A stretch of 64,000 bases of DNA, taken from positions 1,912 through 65,911 of the forward strand of contig CAYREF010000003.1 in NCBI GenBank assembly GCA_964423265.1. The letters are read 5' to 3'. Below the pieces are notes generated by a model. That model was not told where the DNA came from. It worked only from the letters and a program-made list of their open reading frames with translations, and ran no database searches. Within the stretch, counting starts at the first letter, position 1; every line of letters begins with the position of its first letter. This DNA is from an uncultured Actinomycetota bacterium. Its GTDB lineage: Bacteria > Actinomycetota > Humimicrobiia > Humimicrobiales > Humimicrobiaceae. Made by a program: the position numbers and the translations under genes. Positions 32,640 to 39,446 of the stretch are shown here, piece by piece.

Positions 32640-32885
32640 GAGGATGAATCTGATATACAATCCACAGTAAAAATAGTAGAATTCCAGGGGGATAGCACTG
32701 TGTTAACTTTAAAGCTTGATGATCCTGCTAATAGCGAAATATAGGTTACCACTTCAGTGGGAAGTGAAAGCTACAAGAGGAATGAAAAGTCCTGGCTAAA
32801 ATTTAAGCCAGAATTTGTGCACCTCTTTGATAAGGAAGAAAAAGCAATAATAAAAAGTCTGGGTATCGAAAGCATTATTTGCTAA
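32640..32885 (+). pseudogene. Decayed 3' remnant of a sugar ABC-transporter ATP-binding gene (MalK/MsmX-type TOBE domain) with an internal TAG
   Basis: A single frame reads EDESDIQSTVKIVEFQGDSTVLTLKLDDPANSEI*VTTSVGSESYKRNEKSWLKFKPEFVHLFDKEEKAI.... This matches the MalK C-terminus pattern (VEQLGNETQIHIQI...PERCHLFRED). There is no start codon and no ATPase domain upstream. Confidence 0.4.
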
Positions 32886-32947
32886 ACTAAAAATCAAAAG
32901 TGGTAAGCCGGATTTGGATTGCAAAAGAAATCTGGAAAGCTATAAAT

Positions 32948-33727
32948 ATGGGTAAAAAAAGAGACGCTCTATCATTTTTTAAACTAGATGGTAAAAAAGC
33001 AGTGGTAACAGGTGCGGGAAGAGGCCTGGGAAAAGAATTAGCAATAGGTCTGGCAGAAGCAGGAGCAGATGTAGCGTTAGTTGACAAGCTGAAAAAAGAA
33101 GCTTCCGATGGCTGCAAGCAAATAGAGGCAATGGGAAGGAATGCAATTGCCATTGAAGCGGATGTAAGCAAGGAGGAGGATGTAAAAGCTGCAGTTCATT
33201 CTATAAAAAAAGAATTTGGGGAAATAAACATTCTGGTTTGTAATGCCGGCATAGTTAGCTGGTCTCCAGCTGAGGAAATGTCTATAGAAGACTGGCAAGA
33301 AGTTATTGATGTTAACCTGACTGGTGTTTTCCTTTTTTGCAAATGGGTAGCAAAAGAAATGAAAAAACAGGGGGGAGGCAGCATAATTAATATATCCTCT
33401 ATGTCCGGAATTATAGTAAATGTTCCCCAAAAACAATGTCATTATAATGCTTCCAAGGCAGGAGTTAGCCATCTTACAAAATCATTGGCAGTTGAATGGG
33501 CTCCTTACAATATAAGGGTAAATGCAATCTGTCCCGGTTACATTATGACCCCTCTTTTGAAACTGGCGGATAAAAAGTACATAGATGAATGGACTTCATA
33601 TACCCCCCAGAAAAGGATACCTGACCCTTCTGAGTTTAAGGGCTTGTGCATATTCTTAGCATCAAGCGCCTCCAGTTATGTAACTGGTAGTGCTATTGTC
33701 GCAGATGGGGGATATAGTTTGTGGTAA
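32948..33727 (+). CDS. SDR-family oxidoreductase (KduD/gluconate-5-dehydrogenase-like)
   Basis: GKKAVVTGAGRGLGKELA and a YxxxK active site (YNASKAG). ATG at 32948 is preferred over the ORF-track start. Confidence 0.8.
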   Translation: MGKKRDALSFFKLDGKKAVVTGAGRGLGKELAIGLAEAGADVALVDKLKKEASDGCKQIEAMGRNAIAIEADVSKEEDVKAAVHSIKKEFGEINILVCNAGIVSWSPAEEMSIEDWQEVIDVNLTGVFLFCKWVAKEMKKQGGGSIINISSMSGIIVNVPQKQCHYNASKAGVSHLTKSLAVEWAPYNIRVNAICPGYIMTPLLKLADKKYIDEWTSYTPQKRIPDPSEFKGLCIFLASSASSYVTGSAIVADGGYSLW

Positions 33728-33766
33728 TTTTAAGCGTTTAATAATATTTTTAAAGGAGGATAAAAT

Positions 33767-35110
33767 ATGGCTGTTAATTCTAAGCTTAAATTCGGATTTA
33801 TAAACCTGGCTCTAGATTTTTTAGAAAAGGAAGATCTGGAAACTGCAACTAAATATGCGAATGAAGCAAAGGGATACCTGCAGGAAGAATTGGGGATATC
33901 TATAGTAGAGTCAGCTTCTTCGGTGGATAGTAGGGCTAAATCCAGGATTGCATGGCAAAAATTTAAGGAAGAAAATGTTGATGCAGTAGTAATATTTAAT
34001 GGCACTTTTAGTACTGGAGAAGTGGCTACCGAAGTTATTAGAAATCTGGATGTACCTTACCTTATTTGGGGAATAGAAGAATTTGCCATAAAAAAACATA
34101 ACTTTACTGGCTCTATGGTAGGAGTTTTGCCTTTGGGAACTGTGTTTAAGAATTTTGGGAGGCCTTTCTCCTTTGCTTATGGAAATGTTGGGGGCGGAAA
34201 ACCCAAGAAAAATGTTAATAAGTTTGTAAAGGCTGTGGAGGCTATTTCTTATTTAAATGAAGCCACTATCGGCGTTATAGGAATGAGGCCTGATGGCTTT
34301 GAAATTTCAGATTTTGATGAGCTGGCTATAAAGAATAAGTTTGGAACTACCATTACAAAAGTATCCATGTACGGTTTTTCTAAAGTAATTGAAAGTGTAA
34401 CTGAAAAAGAAATAGACAAGGATATGGAGCAACAGAAGAAAATTTTTAATATTGCTGATAAAGATCTTGAGGAAGCCAGGGGAATTTCAAAGGTTTATCT
34501 TGCTACTAAAAAAGCTGTTGAAGAAAACAACTTAAATGCATACGCTCCGGATTGCTGGCCTGAATTGAGAGATATTGATTGTACCCCGATTTGCCCGGCA
34601 AACGGAAGATGCAATGCGGAAGGAGTAATGGCATCTTGTGAATGTGATGTTGACGGGGCTTTAACCTTAATGTTGCAACATGTTTTGGCTGAATCAACCC
34701 CATGGTTTGCGGATTTTGTAAATATTATAGAGGAAAATGATACTTTACTTTTCTGGCATTGCGGTAATGCCCCCTATAATTTATCAACGGATAAACCAAA
34801 AATAGAAAAGATTTTTGGCGGTCTCTCACAGGTAGCTGCTCTAAAAAGCGGAGTGGTAACAGTTTGCAGGCTTAATTCTATAAGGGGCGAATATGTATTG
34901 CATGCTGGCATTGGGGAAGCAGTTGAAACAGAGCCGCTGCTAAAAGGCAGCAACCTTTCAATAAGGATGGAGGGCGGCAATTTAGAATTTGTGGAATCAT
35001 TGCTAGATAATGGAATCCCCCACCATAATGGATTGGTTTACGGGGATATCCTGGAAGAATTAGAAGAATTTGCAAAACTCATGCAAATACCTTTTATTGT
35101 AAGTAAATAA
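33767..35110 (+). CDS. Sugar isomerase of the L-arabinose/L-fucose isomerase (AraA/FucI, COG2407-like) family
   Basis: 447 aa; the N-terminal Rossmann-like region and C-terminal part (WHCGNAPYN...HAGIGE) loosely resemble AraA. Family-level call only. Confidence 0.45.
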   Translation: MAVNSKLKFGFINLALDFLEKEDLETATKYANEAKGYLQEELGISIVESASSVDSRAKSRIAWQKFKEENVDAVVIFNGTFSTGEVATEVIRNLDVPYLIWGIEEFAIKKHNFTGSMVGVLPLGTVFKNFGRPFSFAYGNVGGGKPKKNVNKFVKAVEAISYLNEATIGVIGMRPDGFEISDFDELAIKNKFGTTITKVSMYGFSKVIESVTEKEIDKDMEQQKKIFNIADKDLEEARGISKVYLATKKAVEENNLNAYAPDCWPELRDIDCTPICPANGRCNAEGVMASCECDVDGALTLMLQHVLAESTPWFADFVNIIEENDTLLFWHCGNAPYNLSTDKPKIEKIFGGLSQVAALKSGVVTVCRLNSIRGEYVLHAGIGEAVETEPLLKGSNLSIRMEGGNLEFVESLLDNGIPHHNGLVYGDILEELEEFAKLMQIPFIVSK

Positions 35111-35126
35111 TTTTTAAGGAGGAAAT

Positions 35127-36602
35127 ATGAAAAAGTATAAACTATTTATCAATAATCAATGGGTAGATGCTGAAGATAAGAAAACCTTTGTATCTAAATG
35201 CCCTGCTACAGGCGAAGAACTTGCAGAACTGGCCCTGGCCAAGGAGAAGGATGTGGACAAAGCAGTAGCGGCAGCAAGGGCGGCTTTCCCTAAATGGGCT
35301 GCAACCAGCGGAGATGACAGGGCAAACTTGATGATGAAAGCTATGGATATAATGAAAAAAAGACATGATGAGCTGGCAGAAATAGAAGCAAAAGATGTGG
35401 GAAAACCAATAAAGGAAACTCAAGATGTTGACATTGAATATGCTTTAATGGCTATGGAGTATTTTTCGAATAAGGCCAGACAAATAAGGGGAGATGAAGT
35501 TCCAATTGAAGGCGGAGAAACTTTATGTTATGAGACCTGGGAACCTTATGGAGTAGTTGCCTCAATTATCCCATGGAATTTTCCTGTCCATATAGCTACC
35601 AGAACCATTTGTCCTGCACTTTCAGCAGGTAATACCGTTGTACTAAAAGCTTCCTCGCTCGCACCAATTACTTGCCAGATATTGGGTGAAATATTTTTGG
35701 AAGCAGGATATCCGGAAGGTGTGCTAAACATTGTTTCAGGATCAGGTAGTATAACAGGCGAGGCTATGTTAGTACATCCTGATATCGACATGATATCATT
35801 TACTGGATCTTCTGCAGTTGGTAGGCGGTGCATGCAGGCTGCAGCTGAATCAAATCTTAAAAAAGTTATACTCGAGCTTGGCGGCAAAGGTCCATTTATA
35901 GCAACTAAGGACTGCAGGCTAAGCGATGCTGTAAATTCTCTCATACTGGGTTTCTGTTTCATGCAGGGTGAAGTTTGCTGTGCTTCTACCAGATTATATG
36001 CACATGAGGATATTTATGATGAATTTGTGGACTTATTGGTAAAAAGGTGCCAGAAGATAAAACTTGGGGACATAATGGATTCTGGAACGCAAATGGGTTC
36101 GCTAATAGATGAAGACCGGCTAAAGGCTGTGGACGGCTATGTTAAAAGAGCCGTAAAAGACGGCGCTAAGCTGTTATGTGGTGGCGAAAGGGTAACTGAT
36201 CCTCCTATGGATAAAGGATATTACTACCCACCCACAGTACTTGAAGTTGATGATAACAAGATGGAATGTGTACAGGAAGAGATATTTGGTCCTGTAGTTA
36301 CGGTTATGAAATACAGAGATTTTGATGAAGCCCTAAGGCTTGCCAATGATACGGTTTATGGCCTGGGAGCAACAGTGTGGAGTGAAGATGTTAGAAAACT
36401 AGTTAAAGCTACCAGGACTTTTGATGCGGGCATAGTTTGGATGAATACAAATGTAATGTCTAAGATAGAAGCTTCTTATGGCGGAAACAAAATGAGTGGA
36501 CTTGGAAGAGAAGGTGGAGAAGTAGGTCTGATGGAATACCTCAAATGCAAAAACAATGTTCTTTTCCTGGGAGAAGAAGGTAACTATTACGATTTTAAAT
36601 AA
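35127..36602 (+). CDS. NAD(P)+-dependent aldehyde dehydrogenase (hydrolytic ALDH, paralogue 2)
   Basis: ELGGKGP, catalytic Cys in GEVCCASTRLY, FTGSSAVG. Confidence 0.85.
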   Translation: MKKYKLFINNQWVDAEDKKTFVSKCPATGEELAELALAKEKDVDKAVAAARAAFPKWAATSGDDRANLMMKAMDIMKKRHDELAEIEAKDVGKPIKETQDVDIEYALMAMEYFSNKARQIRGDEVPIEGGETLCYETWEPYGVVASIIPWNFPVHIATRTICPALSAGNTVVLKASSLAPITCQILGEIFLEAGYPEGVLNIVSGSGSITGEAMLVHPDIDMISFTGSSAVGRRCMQAAAESNLKKVILELGGKGPFIATKDCRLSDAVNSLILGFCFMQGEVCCASTRLYAHEDIYDEFVDLLVKRCQKIKLGDIMDSGTQMGSLIDEDRLKAVDGYVKRAVKDGAKLLCGGERVTDPPMDKGYYYPPTVLEVDDNKMECVQEEIFGPVVTVMKYRDFDEALRLANDTVYGLGATVWSEDVRKLVKATRTFDAGIVWMNTNVMSKIEASYGGNKMSGLGREGGEVGLMEYLKCKNNVLFLGEEGNYYDFK

Positions 36603-36620
36603 ATAATGCTGTATTTATAA

Positions 36621-36667
36621 GAAAAAAAAAGGGGGCTCCTTGCTGGAGCCTCTCCTTTGTAATTTTT
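36621..36667 (+). terminator. Probable intrinsic terminator after ALDH-2 (A-run, GGCTCC-ttgct-GGAGCC hairpin, T-rich tail)
   Basis: Seen: aaaaaaaaagggGGCTCCttgctGGAGCCtctcctttgtaatttttt. Confidence 0.4.
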
Positions 36668-36714
36668 TAAAAATTACTATATGATTGAAGCCACTTTATA
36701 GAAGGATGATATAG

Positions 36715-37683
36715 ATGGGCGATGAGAGATTAAAAGTAGTATTTACTGATTTTGATTTTAATGATGTAAATATAGAAAAAGAGGTATTAGGGGAAACAAA
36801 CTGCGATATAGTTGAACTCCAAACCAAGGATGAAGATAAGCTAGCTGCAGAATGCGCCGATGCTGATGGATTAATAGTCCAGTATGCACCTATAACTGAA
36901 AAAGTTATAAACAGCATGAAAAAGTGTCAAGTTATATCCAGGTATGGAATTGGTGTAGATACTATAGATTTAGCCGCAGCTTCCAAAAAAGGAATACATG
37001 TATGTAATGTCCCTGATTATTGTCTGGATGAAGTTGCAGACCACAGCCTGGGGTTGATGTTCTCTTTGGGCAGGAAAATTGTAGCTCTGGACAATGCAGT
37101 GAAAAATGGCAAGTGGGATGCAGTTGGCGTAGCCCGGCCTATTTTTAATTTTAAGAGGCTGGTACTGGGAATTATCGGATTCGGAAAAATACCCCAGCAC
37201 TTATACCCTAAAACAGAACCCCTTTTTGGTAAAACTTTAGTATTTGACCCCTATATATCCAATGAAATAAAGGAAAAATTTAGCCTTAACATGGCCAGTT
37301 TTTACGAGATACTCCTGAACTCAGATTTTATATCTATACACTGTCCTTTAAATGATGCTACTTACCATATGTTTGATGAACGGGAATTCCAGCTTATGAA
37401 GCCAACTGCCTTTTTAGTTAATACGTCAAGGGGTGGTATAATAAATACCAAAGCCCTTTATCTGGCATTGCTTAACGGGCATCTGGCGGGGGCAGGCTTG
37501 GATGTTTTGGAAGAAGAACCTCCGGGAATGGACAATGAGCTGGTAAAGATGGATAATGTGATAGTAACCCCTCATGCTGGATTTTATTCAGAGTCCTCAA
37601 TTGAGGATTTAAAATATAAGACGGCTCAGAACATAGTTAAAATTTTAAAAGATGACCAGCCGCAAAACGTGGTAAATAAATAG
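36715..37683 (+). CDS. D-isomer-specific 2-hydroxyacid dehydrogenase (paralogue 2; atypical GxGxxG)
   Basis: Catalytic and NAD-binding domains with TPHAGFYS. The dinucleotide motif reads GIIGFGKIPQ. Confidence 0.75.
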   Translation: MGDERLKVVFTDFDFNDVNIEKEVLGETNCDIVELQTKDEDKLAAECADADGLIVQYAPITEKVINSMKKCQVISRYGIGVDTIDLAAASKKGIHVCNVPDYCLDEVADHSLGLMFSLGRKIVALDNAVKNGKWDAVGVARPIFNFKRLVLGIIGFGKIPQHLYPKTEPLFGKTLVFDPYISNEIKEKFSLNMASFYEILLNSDFISIHCPLNDATYHMFDEREFQLMKPTAFLVNTSRGGIINTKALYLALLNGHLAGAGLDVLEEEPPGMDNELVKMDNVIVTPHAGFYSESSIEDLKYKTAQNIVKILKDDQPQNVVNK

Positions 37684-37706
37684 GATTTTGAAAGGAGAAA
37701 TATATT

Positions 37707-38888
37707 ATGGATATCCCTGAAGGTGTAATAGTTGCAATGCTTACACCGTTTGATGAAAAAGGCAGAGTAGACGAAATTGAAGTCAGAAGGTTTGTGGACT
37801 TCTTAATCAACAAGGGAGTTGACGGGTTATTTCCGGTTGCTTCCTGCGGTGAATATACTCATATGGATATGGGGGAACGAAAATTCTTAATTGATGTGGT
37901 GGTTGATGAAGCAAATGGAAGGGTTCCTGTAATTCCAGGATCCGGAGCTACTTGCTACCACAAATCTATAGATATAGCTAGCTATGCAAAGGATAAAGGC
38001 TGTGAGGCGGTAGTTTTACACGGCCCTTATTTTTTCCAGAATGCCAAGGAAGTTGTTGAAGGGCACTTAAGGAAAGTTGCAGAATCTGTGGATATACCCA
38101 TCTTCCTTTATAACATTCCTTTCTTTGCCAATGAAATTACTCCTCAGATGGCTGAAAAGCTGTGTGGGATGCCTAATGTGGTGGGTATTAAAGATTCTTC
38201 AGGTAATATGGTAAATGTTATGAATCTTTTAGAGATGACTAGAAAAATAGATCCGGATTTTAGGGTACTAGTAGGTGCAGAAGAGATAATGCTTCCTGCA
38301 CTCATGATGGGAGGCAAGGGTTGCATGACGGCAACAGCTGGAATTTTACCTGAATTTATGGTAGGAATTTATGAAAATTTTAAAAATAAGAATATCCAGA
38401 ACGCTTATAATCTGCAATTTGCCATACTTTCCCTTATAAGGGAAATGAAGAGTGTAAATTTCCCCCAGGGTTTTAAGGAAGCATTAGATTTAAGGGGTAT
38501 AAAGGTAGGCCCTCCCAAGATGAATTATCCCGAACAAGAACTGGCCAAAATTGCTGACCTCAAGACAAGGCTAGAAATGGAAATGAAAAACCTGCTTGAG
38601 AGGTATTTTACGGGAGTTCCGCTAAACTATAGAGCAGACAAGCAATTTCTACAGAAATTCAGCTATCCAGCAGAAACTGCTCCTGAACAATCCGGGGAAA
38701 AGAAATACAATGATTGTTTAGTTTGTGGAATGTGCGAGGGAGATGTTGAGTGCAAGGTGGTCCCTTGTGACAGCATGCAGGAAAAGCCTTTAAGTAATTC
38801 TAAAACTGAAAAAATATCCAATGACATAGATGAAGACCAATTAAAAGAAATTATTACAAAAACTATAAAAAAAGTTCTAGGCAACTGA
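37707..38888 (+). CDS. DHDPS/NAL-family class I aldolase (paralogue 2) with a ~90-aa C-terminal tail: Cys cluster plus terminal amphipathic helix
   Basis: Core motifs VASCGEYTHMD and VVGIKDSSG. The tail reads ...CLVCGMCEGDVECKVVPC...EDQLKEIITKTIKKVLGN*. Confidence 0.7.
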   Translation: MDIPEGVIVAMLTPFDEKGRVDEIEVRRFVDFLINKGVDGLFPVASCGEYTHMDMGERKFLIDVVVDEANGRVPVIPGSGATCYHKSIDIASYAKDKGCEAVVLHGPYFFQNAKEVVEGHLRKVAESVDIPIFLYNIPFFANEITPQMAEKLCGMPNVVGIKDSSGNMVNVMNLLEMTRKIDPDFRVLVGAEEIMLPALMMGGKGCMTATAGILPEFMVGIYENFKNKNIQNAYNLQFAILSLIREMKSVNFPQGFKEALDLRGIKVGPPKMNYPEQELAKIADLKTRLEMEMKNLLERYFTGVPLNYRADKQFLQKFSYPAETAPEQSGEKKYNDCLVCGMCEGDVECKVVPCDSMQEKPLSNSKTEKISNDIDEDQLKEIITKTIKKVLGN

Positions 38889-38907
38889 GTAGAAAGGAAA
38901 ATAAAAG

Positions 38908-39171
38908 ATGAATAAGGCAATTGGACTGATTGAAACAAGGGGTCTGGTAGGTTCTATTGAAGCAGCAGATGCCATGGTAAAAGCAGCCAATGTAAAGCTC
39001 ATATCCAAAGCATATGTAGGCGGAGGATTGGTTACTGTAGTGGTTGAAGGTGATGTAGGTGCAGTTAAATCTGCAGTGGACGCAGGCAGTGCTGCTGCTA
39101 AAAGAGTAGGGGAATTAATTTCTGTTCATGTGATTCCAAGACCCCATGAAGATACCTCAAAAATACTTTAA
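38908..39171 (+). CDS. Bacterial microcompartment hexameric shell protein (BMC-H; PduA/EutM/CcmK family)
   Basis: [80 protein letters not shown] aligns to PduA along its whole length (the (I/V)HVIPRPH end is diagnostic). The RBS is 20 bp after the aldolase stop. Confidence 0.9.
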   Translation: MNKAIGLIETRGLVGSIEAADAMVKAANVKLISKAYVGGGLVTVVVEGDVGAVKSAVDAGSAAAKRVGELISVHVIPRPHEDTSKIL

Positions 39172-39446
39172 ATGAGCCTTTTTTTTGAGTGCTTCTGTTT
39201 ATTGAATAAACAAAATAATTATGATAATATCAAAATTGGATACTCTGTTTGGTTCGTGATTAAAGTTAAGTTTTGTGCCAACAATTTAACTTTGGAAGCT
39301 CAAACTTTACCTGTGGCGTAAATGCCCGGGTTACCGGGACTTATAAAACAGATAGGAGAGCATCCACCTGCTGAGGCAGGGCATAAAAACCTTAGTAATT
39401 GCGGCCAAACGGGGTATCCATTTTATTAAAATGAATTTTTTTTATT

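Noticed and set aside
39172-39446. T-box riboswitch or tRNA gene upstream of alaS
   Set aside because: There is no AGGGTGGNACCGCG T-box motif, no terminator/antiterminator pair adjacent to the start, and no GTTCGAATC T-loop or cloverleaf. Only generic hairpins are present, so I kept it as a low-interest unexplained region.
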